This document shows positions 1 to 11,041 of a stretch of 53,179 nucleotides of DNA, piece after piece. The translations under genes and the position numbers were made by a program. Position 1 is the first letter of the stretch; each line of letters begins with the position of its first letter. The stretch comes from Pseudomonadota bacterium. GTDB taxonomy: Bacteria > Bdellovibrionota_F > JAHFAK01 > JBDREC01. A model generated the notes under the pieces. It saw only the letters and a list, made by a program, of their open reading frames with translations. It was not told the DNA's origin and did no database searches. The stretch lies in NCBI GenBank assembly GCA_043820105.1, contig JBDREC010000075.1:1-53179 (forward strand), given 5' to 3'.

Positions 1-15
1 TCAAAGGAGAACACT

Positions 16-525
16 ATGAAGAAAAAAGGCTTTACACTGGTCGAACTCATGATTGTTGTTGCAATCATCGGTATTTTAGCAGCAATTGCTATTCCATCTT
101 TTATGGCTTACATTAAAAAATCAAAAAAATCTGAAGTTAATGCGTTAATCAATGGTATTTTCGCAGCTGAAGCGGATTACAACATCGATAATGCTAGATT
201 TCATGGCATTGGAAGCCCTGTTCCAACTGGCAACGCCAATGAACTAGATGGAAATAAAAAAGCTGGATCCCAGGCCGCCTTCGCAAATGACACTAATGGC
301 TTTAAAATAATTGGCTTTGTTCCAGATCAAGATACATATGGCGGCGCCGGAGTTGACTGCACAAACGATGCTTTTAACCCATTAACATGGTGTGCAATAT
401 TTGTAGTGCAGGATTTAGATGATGATAACAGCGCGGGAATCTATGCTCAGTTGATACGAAGAGACAATACGGGAAGCGATAATGCTTATAAAGATGGCTC
501 AGTAATAAATTCCAGTGAAGACTAA
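16..525 (+). CDS. pilA: Type IV major pilin (PilA-like)
   Basis: Class III signal [25 protein letters not shown] with E+5; RBS AAGGAG upstream; two Cys in the head domain. Confidence 0.85.
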   Translation: MKKKGFTLVELMIVVAIIGILAAIAIPSFMAYIKKSKKSEVNALINGIFAAEADYNIDNARFHGIGSPVPTGNANELDGNKKAGSQAAFANDTNGFKIIGFVPDQDTYGGAGVDCTNDAFNPLTWCAIFVVQDLDDDNSAGIYAQLIRRDNTGSDNAYKDGSVINSSED

Positions 526-2357
526 ATCACCAACTCAACCTTAACAATTTCATCAAAAACAAGCTTCCCATCTTCAATATCATTCTTATTTAAATAAATA
601 ATATCTTCTAAAGCTTCATTTATAGAAGAAATATTTACTCTGGAGGAGCGAAGACCACCATACCAAAATCTTTTATCTTCAACAAAAAGCATGTCTTTAA
701 TTTCTGCTGACAAGCTTTGGGCTGATTTTGTGGTAATTACTGCAAAGCCTTCTTCAACATCAGCAGATGCTTTTAAAAGCATCTTTATCTTTTTGCCAGC
801 ATTTGGGTTTGCCTTTGATCCTTTGAAAAAGGATCTGGCTGCATCTAAAGTCCAAATTGTTAAACCTTTTATAGCTGAATCTTCTTGAGGTTTTGTTAAC
901 AAAGTAAAAACAACGCCAACGAGGCCGGAAATAAAGAAAGAATAGCATGCTCGAATGTATAAAAGCCCTTCATTCGGGTCTACACCATGACTAAATGGTA
1001 AAATTAAATGTGGGAAAATAGTAGATAAAAAAGTTAACACTGAGCCAAGAGTTAAAGTTAAAAAAGCACCTGTAATATTATATCTTTTCCAAAAAGCACC
1101 CAACAAAATAGCGACGATAAGTGGAGGTGAAACGGCTGCAACAAAGGCTCCGTGGGCTGCATAAATTGATTTGAATTGAGCAAATAAAGGAACAAGCAAA
1201 ACTCCAATAAAGGCTGTTAATATTGAAGCGTATCGTGCTACCTTCAAATAATATTTATCTTCTCTATTTTTGACAAAATAAGGTCTAACAACATCATTAA
1301 CTGTAACCGCTGCTACAGCGTTTATTAAGGTGTCAATAGTGGACATTAAAGCAGCGATCAAAGCTGCTAATATAAGCCCGAAAATACCAGGCTTACAAAT
1401 CATGTTTGTTACAATAACAAAAACTTCTTTTGAATTAATGCCATCCGGAATTATACCCATGCCATTCATTGCTCTTCCTATCCAACCCACATTACAAACA
1501 GCAATGGTTGTAAGTGGTGTTAAAACAAGGATCATAGCGATCATTGCTTTTCTTCCTTCTCTTACTGAACGCGCTGATAAAAAACGCATAATCATGCCTT
1601 GATTCATAAAATATAGAGCCAAGGTTGAACCAATGGCATCCTGCCAAAAAATTCCAACAAAATTAAATTCTGAAGGTTTATTAAAATCAGCTAAAGCAAA
1701 TCTATATTTTTCTGGAAAATACTGCCAGAAAACATCAAAGCCGCCAAGATAATGAATGCCCATTAGGAAAAGCGCAAATCCCGCTATTAACAATAAAAAA
1801 CCCTGCAATAAATCTGTCATAACAACTGAGGTCTGGCCTCCAGCTGTAACATAAATAGCACAAATTACAGCAACAATAATTGCCCACCAATAAACACCCA
1901 TGGGAATGAGGGCATTAAAAGCAACACCTAATGTATAAAGATTAATTCCTATATATCCAATCATATAAAGAAGTAAAATGACTGTTGCTGCCACTCTTGT
2001 TTTTTCATCAAAGCGCTTTTGAAAATACTCAGGGATTGATTGGATACGACCGAAATAAATTATTGGCAGCCAGCCAAACATCCAAAGAGGCATGAAAAAC
2101 CAATCATTCATGTAAGTCATGGTTGATGAAAAGCCAAAGCGATAAGCAACATCAGCGTATTTTATAAAACTATAAGAACCAACTAAGGTAGCGACACAGC
2201 TCATTGAAATAAACCACCAGGAAAAGCGCTGCCCTGAAAAGAAAAAATCTTTTGTATTTTTTGTAAAGCGTCCGAAATAAGAACCAAAGCCTAAAATGGC
2301 AATAAAATAAACTACAATAATAGCTGTATCAATTACACTTATTCCAACTTTATCCAT
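522..2357 (-). CDS. Sodium:solute symporter (SSS family) with soluble C-terminal extension
   Basis: Many TM segments; motifs [34 protein letters not shown]. Confidence 0.9.
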   Translation of the reverse strand: MDKVGISVIDTAIIVVYFIAILGFGSYFGRFTKNTKDFFFSGQRFSWWFISMSCVATLVGSYSFIKYADVAYRFGFSSTMTYMNDWFFMPLWMFGWLPIIYFGRIQSIPEYFQKRFDEKTRVAATVILLLYMIGYIGINLYTLGVAFNALIPMGVYWWAIIVAVICAIYVTAGGQTSVVMTDLLQGFLLLIAGFALFLMGIHYLGGFDVFWQYFPEKYRFALADFNKPSEFNFVGIFWQDAIGSTLALYFMNQGMIMRFLSARSVREGRKAMIAMILVLTPLTTIAVCNVGWIGRAMNGMGIIPDGINSKEVFVIVTNMICKPGIFGLILAALIAALMSTIDTLINAVAAVTVNDVVRPYFVKNREDKYYLKVARYASILTAFIGVLLVPLFAQFKSIYAAHGAFVAAVSPPLIVAILLGAFWKRYNITGAFLTLTLGSVLTFLSTIFPHLILPFSHGVDPNEGLLYIRACYSFFISGLVGVVFTLLTKPQEDSAIKGLTIWTLDAARSFFKGSKANPNAGKKIKMLLKASADVEEGFAVITTKSAQSLSAEIKDMLFVEDKRFWYGGLRSSRVNISSINEALEDIIYLNKNDIEDGKLVFDEIVKVELVI

Positions 2358-2377
2358 GATATTTTCCTTTCTATTAA

Positions 2378-2578
2378 TTAAATGTAGGGAATTACAAAAA
2401 CAAATAAGGCATGAATAAAGAAATAAAGAAAATATCCACCTATTAAAATCGCCAGTGCATATTTTCCTTTTTTGGTTTTAAAGCTTAGTTCTTTTGATAA
2501 CAAAACAATGATAAGGCCAATTAAAAAGACAATTCCACCAACTCCATATTGGTAGATAAAAGAAATATTCGCACCCAT
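2378..2578 (-). CDS. Small two-TM membrane protein, probably cotranscribed with the symporter
   Basis: 66 aa, two hydrophobic helices, RBS GAGG, lies between galT and the SSS gene. Confidence 0.65.
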   Translation of the reverse strand: MGANISFIYQYGVGGIVFLIGLIIVLLSKELSFKTKKGKYALAILIGGYFLYFFIHALFVFVIPYI

Positions 2579-2645
2579 TAAATACCTCTTTGTAATGATT
2601 AGATTGAAATGAGAAAATAAAAACAGAAGGCAAAAGTCAAACTAT

Positions 2646-3641
2646 TTAAATTTCAAGTTCTCTCAAATATTTAGCTGAATCTTCTGGTGGTGTTGGATTA
2701 ATATAAAATCCTGAGCCAAGCTCAAAACCAGCGAATCCAATGAGCTTCGGAATGATCTCAAGGTGATAGTGATAATGGGCACAGGGTCCTTCCTGCAAAG
2801 GAGAAGTATGTAAAATAAAATTATATGGTGCATGATTAAGGGCTTTATCAATTTTCTTTATAGTTACATCAAGAATTGAAGCTAAATCTGAAATTTCTGT
2901 ATCTGAGATTGATTCAAAATGACTCGCATGTTTCTTTGGCAAAATCCAGGTCTCAAAAGAAAATCTCGGGGCGTAGGGTGATATAGAAACAAAATTTTTT
3001 TGATCTTCAATTATTCTTTTTCCATCTTTAATTTCATGCTTAACAATGTCGCAAAAAACACATCTTTCTTTATATTCATAATAACTTTTTGCGCCTAATA
3101 TTTCATCTTCAACGGTTACTGGAACAATAGGAAGAGCAATTAGCTGTGAATGAGAATGCTCTAAAGAAGCCCCTGCAATTTTTCCCTGGTTTTTAAAAAT
3201 CAAAACATATTTAAATCTCGTATCATTTTTTAAATCAAGAATTCGAGCCTGGTAGGCTTTAAGAATTAGAGCAATCCTATCTTTCCCAAGATTGGAAAGA
3301 AGTCTTTCATGCTCTGGTGATTCAATAATTACTTCATGAGCTCCAACCCCATTCATCTTATCATAAATTCCATCTGCTTCTTTATCAAGCCCTCCTTCTA
3401 TTCTCAATGCTGGAAATTTATTCGGGACAACCCTAACAGACCATTTATTATCTTTCTCTTTACCTTTATCAAAATATGTTAAAACAGGATTCGGAGTTTT
3501 ATCTTCATGTCCTGAGCAAAATGGACAAAAGGTTGATTTTAACTCATCATTTTCAAAATTAAAATCATGCGGTCTTTTGGCTCTTTCTGTTGAAATAATA
3601 ACCCATCTGCCTATTACAGGATCCTTGCGAAGTTCTGGCAT
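2646..3641 (-). CDS. galT: Galactose-1-phosphate uridylyltransferase (GalT/HIT family)
   Basis: ELRKDP..W, CPFC, VVPNKFPAL, GASLEHSHSQ active-site motif. Confidence 0.92.
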   Translation of the reverse strand: MPELRKDPVIGRWVIISTERAKRPHDFNFENDELKSTFCPFCSGHEDKTPNPVLTYFDKGKEKDNKWSVRVVPNKFPALRIEGGLDKEADGIYDKMNGVGAHEVIIESPEHERLLSNLGKDRIALILKAYQARILDLKNDTRFKYVLIFKNQGKIAGASLEHSHSQLIALPIVPVTVEDEILGAKSYYEYKERCVFCDIVKHEIKDGKRIIEDQKNFVSISPYAPRFSFETWILPKKHASHFESISDTEISDLASILDVTIKKIDKALNHAPYNFILHTSPLQEGPCAHYHYHLEIIPKLIGFAGFELGSGFYINPTPPEDSAKYLRELEI

Positions 3642-3712
3642 ATTTTTTCCTAGAATAATTTGATAAATTGAAAAAATGACTTAAATAAAAAAAAATGTAA
3701 AGACAAATGAAT

Positions 3713-4630
3713 CTACTTGCTACTTAGTTTTTGACTTAAAAAAGTCATAAGATTATTGCTTGCATGAGAAAGAGATTTTCCCTCAACATGAGCAATTGAT
3801 ATACTGTTTTTTAGCTTTTTTTTCTTTCCGATAAAACAATATAGATCCCTGGAAGCTTCTTTCAACCTTGAAACATGATGCCTGGGCAAAACACCTGCTC
3901 CCATTTTTGTCATAATAAATCTGGCGACTGATTGCACATCTGAAACATAAACCTTATTATTAAGATTTATATTTTTAATATTGTAATGATAATCCATCCA
4001 TTTTCTAATTACAGGAGTATTTTTGTCATAGGCAATATAATCAAAAGATTCAAAAAATTCCTTGTTATTATTTTGTTTTGGTTTTTTGCCTGCGACTAAG
4101 TCTTTATGCACATATAACTCAAGAATTTCATCATATACTTTTTCAATTTTAATGCTTTTATCCATTGAAAATTCATCAACCAGAGCAAAATCAAGATCCC
4201 CATTAATAAGCATTCTATTCATTTCATAGGCAAATCCATATTTAATAACAAACCTGATATTAGGATTAATTTTTGAAAAATCCGAAAGCAGAGGAATAAT
4301 AACATTTTTACCAAATTCAACGGGCAAACCAATAGAAATTGTACCTGAGAGTCTGGCCTCGCTACCCCTTACGGTAACAAGGGCTTTTTCTAGCTGATTC
4401 AGCCCTTTTAAACAGTCTTCATAAAATCCATCTGCTTCTTTTGTGGGAAGTAGTTTTTTTCTAAATCTGTCAAACAACCTTAGACCCAGCATATCCTCCA
4501 GGGTTTTTATATGCTGGCTAACCCCTGATTGAGTTAGATGCAGTTCTTTTGAGGCTAAAGTCATATTTAGAGTCCTATAAACTGACTCAAAAACCCTAAG
4601 TTGGTTCAAATTTATCTCGTCAATATTCAT
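3713..4630 (-). CDS. LysR-family transcriptional regulator
   Basis: N-terminal HTH ASKELHLTQSGVSQHIKTLE..LG..LFDR; ~300 aa. Confidence 0.93.
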   Translation of the reverse strand: MNIDEINLNQLRVFESVYRTLNMTLASKELHLTQSGVSQHIKTLEDMLGLRLFDRFRKKLLPTKEADGFYEDCLKGLNQLEKALVTVRGSEARLSGTISIGLPVEFGKNVIIPLLSDFSKINPNIRFVIKYGFAYEMNRMLINGDLDFALVDEFSMDKSIKIEKVYDEILELYVHKDLVAGKKPKQNNNKEFFESFDYIAYDKNTPVIRKWMDYHYNIKNINLNNKVYVSDVQSVARFIMTKMGAGVLPRHHVSRLKEASRDLYCFIGKKKKLKNSISIAHVEGKSLSHASNNLMTFLSQKLSSK

Positions 4631-4805
4631 TAGTTTAACTTATCAACTTATATTATTATGAATAATTTTACATAATGATTTGTTTTGATTATAAGTCAAG
4701 CAGTTTCAAACAACCTTCCGAATAAATAAATTACATATAACAATTATTTATTTTTTAATTTTGAATTATTAATTTTGAATTTTGAATTACCAAGGAGGGG
4801 TCCTA

Positions 4806-5357
4806 ATGAGAAAATTAATCACAATTACAATTTTATCTTTTCTGTTTTTATCCATTTCATCTTTTGCTTTTTTTGATCCTGGTTTTGAAAGACCAATATT
4901 AAAAGCGAATATGGCTAAATCAAATCCAACAGGGCACTTTGCCTATACACAGAATATTGTTATTACTCTAAAGAAACTGGATGCATCTGAATATCCAACA
5001 GGTCTTGATCTTTATTATGATTCTCCATATTTTTGTACAACTGAAGCAGATTGCCTGCCATCATCACCTGCAATTTATAACTTAAAAATCCAAAAAGAAA
5101 ACATTAAAGACCTGGGCTGTGGATCATGGCAATATATGGCAACTGGCATTTTGCCATTTGAATATAATTCAAAAGGTGAAGTTACTTACTGGAGAAATAT
5201 TGTTGTAACCTTACAAGATAACTTTCAATACTTTTGCGAAAACATTATAGATGCTAAATGGAAGGCAACTGTCACAGAAGGCTATAGCTCTGAAGAAGAA
5301 TTTGACTCAACTGTAAATCTATTGGGTGAACCAGACCTAATTTTTTCAACACTCTAA
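4806..5357 (+). CDS. Secreted hypothetical protein, divergent from the LysR gene
   Basis: ATG at 4806 after AAGGAGG; Sec signal MRKLITITILSFLFLSISSFA; four Cys. Confidence 0.75.
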   Translation: MRKLITITILSFLFLSISSFAFFDPGFERPILKANMAKSNPTGHFAYTQNIVITLKKLDASEYPTGLDLYYDSPYFCTTEADCLPSSPAIYNLKIQKENIKDLGCGSWQYMATGILPFEYNSKGEVTYWRNIVVTLQDNFQYFCENIIDAKWKATVTEGYSSEEEFDSTVNLLGEPDLIFSTL

Positions 5358-5382
5358 GCTGAAAAACTTCAGACCTCATCCT

Positions 5383-6261
5383 TTATGCTCCATAAGGCTC
5401 AACATGAACAGTAGCTTCTATTAAGAAATTGTCCTTTAAACTCTTTTCAATCCTATTTGCAATCTCATGTCCTTCCTGAATTGAAATGATAGCTGGAAGA
5501 TTTATATGAAAGGTTATTTCCACATGATCACCATATTTATGATAATGGAAATGATGAACCTCTGAAATTCTTGAGTCAATCTTGTAAATCTTCTCCAAAA
5601 TACTTTCTTTTAAATCCACACTAAGCTTTTCACCCATTAAATTATTCGAATTTTTTATAATTGTTTCAAGTGCAATATATAATATAATAAGTGAAACGAT
5701 TATGCCCAATATACCATCTATCCACCAGTGCTTGGTACCAAAGATAAAACCAAATAGAATAATTAAAGAGGCAAAAGCATCGCTTCTGTGGTGCCATCCA
5801 TCAACTATAAGAGATTTTGAGTTTAGTTTTTTTCCAAGCCTTATAGTAAAAAAAGCAATGGCCTCTTTTAACAAAACAGACGAAACAAAAACCCAAACTG
5901 TAAAACTATTATAAACAAAGGTTTTCTTTGAAATAAGTTGCAAAACAGAATCTTTAAAAAAGGATATGCCTACAATTGCTAAAAGTGTTCCAATGATAAT
6001 GGCAGCAATAGATTCAGCCCTTTGATGGCCGAATGGATGTTGTGAATCAGCTGGTTTTTCTGAAATAAAAAATCCACCAATTACAATTACTGATGTAAAT
6101 GAATCCGATAGAGTATGCCAGGCATCCGCCATCACGGCCACTGAGCCTGTTAAAATTCCCGCTACTAATTTTAAAACAAATAAAACAATATTAAGCACAA
6201 TGGAAAAATAAGAAATAAAACAGCCTTGAGTCTTTTTCGAATATGTATTAAATTTTTTCAA
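5383..6261 (-). CDS. Cation diffusion facilitator (FieF-like) transporter
   Basis: ADAWHTLSD, HPFGH, HHRSD and C-terminal VHVEP motifs. Confidence 0.92.
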   Translation of the reverse strand: MKKFNTYSKKTQGCFISYFSIVLNIVLFVLKLVAGILTGSVAVMADAWHTLSDSFTSVIVIGGFFISEKPADSQHPFGHQRAESIAAIIIGTLLAIVGISFFKDSVLQLISKKTFVYNSFTVWVFVSSVLLKEAIAFFTIRLGKKLNSKSLIVDGWHHRSDAFASLIILFGFIFGTKHWWIDGILGIIVSLIILYIALETIIKNSNNLMGEKLSVDLKESILEKIYKIDSRISEVHHFHYHKYGDHVEITFHINLPAIISIQEGHEIANRIEKSLKDNFLIEATVHVEPYGA

Positions 6262-6276
6262 ATTAAACCTATTCCT

Positions 6277-7500
6277 TTAAATCATATTTTGTAAAATTGC
6301 TGGCGTTAATTGTTCTGTAAACAAAGTCTTAATAATCTGACTTTTATCAAATCCACTCGCAGTTGCTTTATTTGTATATTCTGAGACATATTTACTTCCA
6401 TATGGATAATTAAATAAATAGGTTGCATACATTGGATGTGTAATAAAAGACATTGTATGCTTTACAACAAGCGGATCAAAGGCCAGCCATTTATTAAGAT
6501 ATTCAATTGTAAAATCTTTATTCTTATTTTCTACATATAACAAAAAGCAAGCATTGGTTTTAACATTATCAAATTTTTTAACAATATTTTGAATTTCGAA
6601 AACCTCCTGGGGATCAAAAGAATTAGCAGCAAGATCATTACAATATTCAAGGGCATTTCGCGTCCCACCTTCAAACATTAAATCAAGCCCCATTGTTGCA
6701 ATGCCTTCAGAGATTGTGAATTTAGGAGTATTGTAAGTTAAAATTGCTTCTTCAAAAAAGTTGAGATCAAATACATATTTTTGTTCTTTTAATATTTGCT
6801 CAAGATGATGCCCGCTATAGGTTTCATGGCTAGCAACATCTAGAAGACGATAAAATGTTAAAGGTCTATCAATGTTGATTACAATTTTAGAAACTCCTTC
6901 TCCCTTGAAATAATTATAACCTCCCCAAGGCTTGTCACGCACTAAATCCACTTCAACAGTTTCATTCTCAGGAAGTGTAAAATAATTTTTAGCGACCACG
7001 CGCATGTGATTTATCATTTCATCAAGGAGGATTTTGATTCTATCTTGTTTTACAATTTGAGCCTCTTTACATTTCTGAAATCGATCTATTATGCTACCGC
7101 TTCCACCAAGAGCATTATTTAATTCAGATGTATATTCTGAAAGCTCATCATCTTCAATAAACCTGGGTTTAATGCCATAAAAAGCTTCAACCTTTTCTAA
7201 ATATGACAATTCTTCATCATTAAGCATCTGTAAACTAAAAGAAAGGCCTTTGAGCATTTGATGCAAAAACTCTTGTCTTGTTTCAGAAAAAATCGTGCTT
7301 TCACCATTAATATTATCAATCAGCTGGGCGCAAATATCTTTTAATTCTGTAACAGTTGGAACTTGCTCTTGCTTATCAGATAGTGCTTTCATTGAATCAG
7401 GGCCATCAATAAATTCAGAACCATCCCATTTATCCTTAATTTTTCTATCTATACCTAGACAAAGCTTAATATAATTTTGACCGAATTCTTGTTCATGCAT
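6277..7500 (-). CDS. DUF885-like putative zinc metallopeptidase
   Basis: HETYSGHHL followed by SEGIA, resembling the HExxxGHH...EG zincin-like motif. Confidence 0.6.
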   Translation of the reverse strand: MHEQEFGQNYIKLCLGIDRKIKDKWDGSEFIDGPDSMKALSDKQEQVPTVTELKDICAQLIDNINGESTIFSETRQEFLHQMLKGLSFSLQMLNDEELSYLEKVEAFYGIKPRFIEDDELSEYTSELNNALGGSGSIIDRFQKCKEAQIVKQDRIKILLDEMINHMRVVAKNYFTLPENETVEVDLVRDKPWGGYNYFKGEGVSKIVINIDRPLTFYRLLDVASHETYSGHHLEQILKEQKYVFDLNFFEEAILTYNTPKFTISEGIATMGLDLMFEGGTRNALEYCNDLAANSFDPQEVFEIQNIVKKFDNVKTNACFLLYVENKNKDFTIEYLNKWLAFDPLVVKHTMSFITHPMYATYLFNYPYGSKYVSEYTNKATASGFDKSQIIKTLFTEQLTPAILQNMI

Positions 7501-7517
7501 AATTTGTTCCTTTTTAA

Positions 7518-7916
7518 CTAAAGATTATCAACTGTACACTGTGATATTTCATCTAGTAAATCGCTGCCATTAGGCAAGCAATTAGTATCTAATTCATTTT
7601 CCAGGTCCTTAATTTCAAAATTTTCCTCAAGCTTTTCAAGGTCCTTTATTTTACACAACAAATCCTCAGGAGTCATATTACATTCTCGGGCAATTTTTCC
7701 AAAGGTTGTATTCTTATCATTAATATTTATTCCGATTTTTGAAAACCTATCGATTAACTCATTTGATTCAATATTAAGCTTACTCGCTAGTTGATTTATT
7801 GAAAGTTTTTCAGCATTTGAAGAAGACATCTTAATAAAAAGAAAAACACCTGATATAATTATCGTGATAATAACAATAAAAATTGTAAAAAATCGCAAAT
7901 TAAGCTTTATTTTCAT
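7518..7916 (-). CDS. Membrane-anchored hypothetical protein with an IF2-N-like helical segment
   Basis: N-terminal TM helix, then SINQLASKLNIESNELIDRFSKIGI; start placed at ATG 7916. Confidence 0.5.
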   Translation of the reverse strand: MKIKLNLRFFTIFIVIITIIISGVFLFIKMSSSNAEKLSINQLASKLNIESNELIDRFSKIGININDKNTTFGKIARECNMTPEDLLCKIKDLEKLEENFEIKDLENELDTNCLPNGSDLLDEISQCTVDNL

Positions 7917-8089
7917 ATTTAACAAACAACTCAAAATAAGTTTGGTGAAAAAAATCTTCTCAATCCAAACAAAATTAGTCAAGTTAATCTAGTTTATACT
8001 GAAGCAAGTTACCAGATCGCCAGAGCACCAGTCGCCAGAAAATTATTTCACTCTTATAAACATTTTAAAATCGAGCATCGAGCATCCCC

Positions 8090-8124
8090 CCACTTACCAC
8101 TTACCACTTACCACTTACCACTTA
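8090..8124 (-). repeat. Heptamer tandem repeat (TAAGTGG)x5 starting at the stop codon of 8122..10026
   Basis: ccactta x5 on the + strand. Confidence 0.9.
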
Positions 8125-10026
8125 TTCACTATATTGATCCGTTCTTTCATAAATAGGCCTAAAAACCTCTATCCCTGCTGGAAATCCTCCCATTGCTCTA
8201 TTAAATGCAGGGTGAAACACATCATAGCCAAGCTCATGAAGGTTCGTTGCATATTCATCAAAAATTATACCAATATCTATTTCTTCTCCTCTTGCCCTTG
8301 CTTCAAGACCTTCTGCCGTATAAGATGAAGCATTATATAGGGCCTTAGCGTGTCCTGAACCAAAAGAATGGTGAACAGATAAAGGATCTTGAGCGAAAGC
8401 AAGCCCTGGAATTGGCTCTTTATCTTCATATAAAACTTGAGCGGTCATTGCCGGAATTCCTTCATTAGTCCAGGCATCCTGCCTTATCATTTCAGTTAAA
8501 GTAGCTAATAAGTATTCTGAAGCAGCTGGAGGAAAATACAAAACAAAGCAATCTTTTCTTTTGCTTCTAACAGACGGCATAACTGCCATTTTATGCTGAG
8601 TTGTATAACCCGAACTTGCTAATTTTACAGCAAGCAAGCTGAAAAAATCTTCAGCTGCGCCAGTTTTTAAGTTAATAAAAAATCGACCAATACCGCCAGG
8701 ATATGAATATTGCATAACTTCATTAAAACTTGAAAAGAAATAAATCCAGTTATTGTCAAAAGAATGGACCTGGAAAAGCCCTTCTGAACCAAGATCATCT
8801 AAAGCTTTTCTTCTTAATCGCCTCCTAACATTTGAAGGATCAGTTTCAGCTGCAAGTTCTGTCGCGGCTTCATCATAAGTATATTCTGCATAGAGTGTAT
8901 TTTCACTTGTATAAACTCCGTTACCTCCCCTTTTCGACCTAGTATTAATAACACTTTCAACATCTCTCATTCTTGGAAAATCTTTTCTTGTGCGCTCAAC
9001 AAGAGATAAAGGCGCATCAATTAGTCCTGATCCCAATTCTTCCCATGGATTCAAAACATAAAATTCATATAACAACTTTGTTCTTTTCTCTTTAATTTGA
9101 ACAATATCTCCATCTTTTAATAAAATTGCATTTTGTTTATAATCAACTGATCGGCCATTTAAAAAAACAGGCATCCTGGCGTTTTCTGTAATTAGATAAA
9201 ATTTTTTATTAAACTCAACAATTGAAAAATGTTTAATGGAAATGGATAAAGACTCTGGACTTAAAGGAATATTATATTGAGAATTAGAAAATGATCTTCC
9301 AAAATCAACAGATAATATTCTATTCCTTATACTTTCAGGAATCCTACCCAGCATTGAACTTGAAGAAACTACAGGTCCCATAAAATCAAGAATATCAGGC
9401 AAAAACAAATAATACCTTCCTATTGGTAAATAAGGAGAAGAACTATTATATTCTGAATACATTTTTTCATATCTACCAACAATTTCTAAAGTTGTATTTG
9501 CATCAAGAATAAGTTTCTGTGTTACAGAACTATCTAGCGATAATCGCAAACCCTTGCTTGGAACACCTTCTGGACCTTGGTCGCTTATTAACCCTACAGG
9601 ATTTGAACCTTTTCTATAAACACTTATTTTTCCATATTCATCAATATTTATTATGGCGTGACAGGCCGTTTGCCTAATGCGGCTAATTTTATCTTTTTCT
9701 GGATCAACTGTTAAGAAAACAACATGTTCTGTATTGGGAAATTCATTTAGAAATGGAATATCTTTTGGAAGCAGGCCATTTTCTCTTCCAATGATTATAA
9801 GTGTGTTTCTTTTAGCAGCTGAAATATCCAGGCGATGTGTATTAGAAAGTTTTATAACAGTTCTGGGCAGTGAAACTCTAAGGGACTGGGCTGTAATGCT
9901 TATTGAAACGTCCTCATAAGTATCAAATAAACTTCTGCAACCTGGACTTGCAAATAGCTTTCCAGGCTCAAATTGATCAATGCTTAAGATAGTGAATAAT
10001 AGAATTAACAAAACAGATCGTATCAC
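8122..10026 (-). CDS. Secreted protein with FHA-like domain(s) and C-terminal HopA1-like domain
   Basis: Signal peptide; FHA-like ISIKHFSI..VFLNG..LKDGDIVQI; C-terminal RFFINL..K..RKDCFVLYF..P.MT..GLAFAQDP..SFG. Confidence 0.6.
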   Translation of the reverse strand: MIRSVLLILLFTILSIDQFEPGKLFASPGCRSLFDTYEDVSISITAQSLRVSLPRTVIKLSNTHRLDISAAKRNTLIIIGRENGLLPKDIPFLNEFPNTEHVVFLTVDPEKDKISRIRQTACHAIINIDEYGKISVYRKGSNPVGLISDQGPEGVPSKGLRLSLDSSVTQKLILDANTTLEIVGRYEKMYSEYNSSSPYLPIGRYYLFLPDILDFMGPVVSSSSMLGRIPESIRNRILSVDFGRSFSNSQYNIPLSPESLSISIKHFSIVEFNKKFYLITENARMPVFLNGRSVDYKQNAILLKDGDIVQIKEKRTKLLYEFYVLNPWEELGSGLIDAPLSLVERTRKDFPRMRDVESVINTRSKRGGNGVYTSENTLYAEYTYDEAATELAAETDPSNVRRRLRRKALDDLGSEGLFQVHSFDNNWIYFFSSFNEVMQYSYPGGIGRFFINLKTGAAEDFFSLLAVKLASSGYTTQHKMAVMPSVRSKRKDCFVLYFPPAASEYLLATLTEMIRQDAWTNEGIPAMTAQVLYEDKEPIPGLAFAQDPLSVHHSFGSGHAKALYNASSYTAEGLEARARGEEIDIGIIFDEYATNLHELGYDVFHPAFNRAMGGFPAGIEVFRPIYERTDQYSE

Positions 10027-10063
10027 AATATTTCCCTAATAATTTTACTATTTCCCAGAACTA

Positions 10064-10079
10064 TGCAATTTTGATACCA
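10064..10079 (-). promoter_or_regulatory. Sigma-54 (-24/-12) promoter
   Basis: Minus strand TGGTATCAAAATTGCA (GG-N10-GC), ~40 bp upstream of the 10026 start. Confidence 0.7.
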
Positions 10080-10229
10080 AGTAAGGGGTGACTTTATCGT
10101 GTTTTATCAGTATATTACAAATGCTTAAATATCGTTTGTGCGACATTTTGAGAACAGGATGGTGCGAGATCTTTGACAAAGAATTAATAATCAATAATTA
10201 TGAATTAATAATTAATTTCAAGGTGTATC

Positions 10230-10952
10230 ATGCAAAAATTGAAAGAATTTTTAAAATCTCAAGATAAAATAAAAATGGTCGTATTAACAGGTGCGGGTAT
10301 TAGTGCTGAGTCTGGGATAAAAACCTTTCGTGATAATAATGGTCTTTGGGAAACCCACAGAGTTGAAGAGGTGGCGACTCCCGAGGCATTTCAAAAGAAT
10401 GAAGAATTGGTCTATCGATTTTATAACTTAAGACGAACTCAGCTTTTGACCTGTGAACCCAATGAAGGTCATAAGGCATTAGTTGAAATTGAGGCTATGC
10501 TTGGAGATGATTATTTTTTGATTACACAAAATGTTGATGATCTTCATGAAAGAGCTGGCTCAAAAAGGCTCGTTCACATGCATGGAGAGATATTAAAAGC
10601 CAGATGTACTGTCTGTGAAAAAGTTTACGATTGGAAAGAAGACCTGGATCATACCCACAAATGTGTCTCCTGCCAAAACAAACTAAGACCACACATTGTT
10701 TGGTTTGGTGAGATGCCTTTTTATATGAATGAAATTTATAAGCTCATACAAAGCTGCAATCTTTTTGTTTCAATTGGAACTTCTGGAGCTGTTTATCCAG
10801 CTGCTGGCTTTTATCAGCTTGCTAAACAAAACAACGCCTTTACAGTTGAATTAAATGTAGAGGCTACTGGTGGAATGTTTGATGAAGTTATCCTTGGTAA
10901 AGCTTCTGAAGCAGTTGAAGTTTTAAAAGATGCTCTCTTAAAATGCACATGA
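10230..10952 (+). CDS. cobB: NAD-dependent deacylase (class III sirtuin)
   Basis: GAGISAESG, TQNVDDLHERAG, HMHG, CxxC..CxxC, RPHIVWFGE, GTSG.VYPAA. Confidence 0.93.
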   Translation: MQKLKEFLKSQDKIKMVVLTGAGISAESGIKTFRDNNGLWETHRVEEVATPEAFQKNEELVYRFYNLRRTQLLTCEPNEGHKALVEIEAMLGDDYFLITQNVDDLHERAGSKRLVHMHGEILKARCTVCEKVYDWKEDLDHTHKCVSCQNKLRPHIVWFGEMPFYMNEIYKLIQSCNLFVSIGTSGAVYPAAGFYQLAKQNNAFTVELNVEATGGMFDEVILGKASEAVEVLKDALLKCT

Positions 10953-11041
10953 CTAACTCCTAATAAACCGATAAAAAGTCGTGACTTTCTATCAATACTG
11001 TGATAATATTACATCATTATAAAACAATACTTGGGCCTAAA

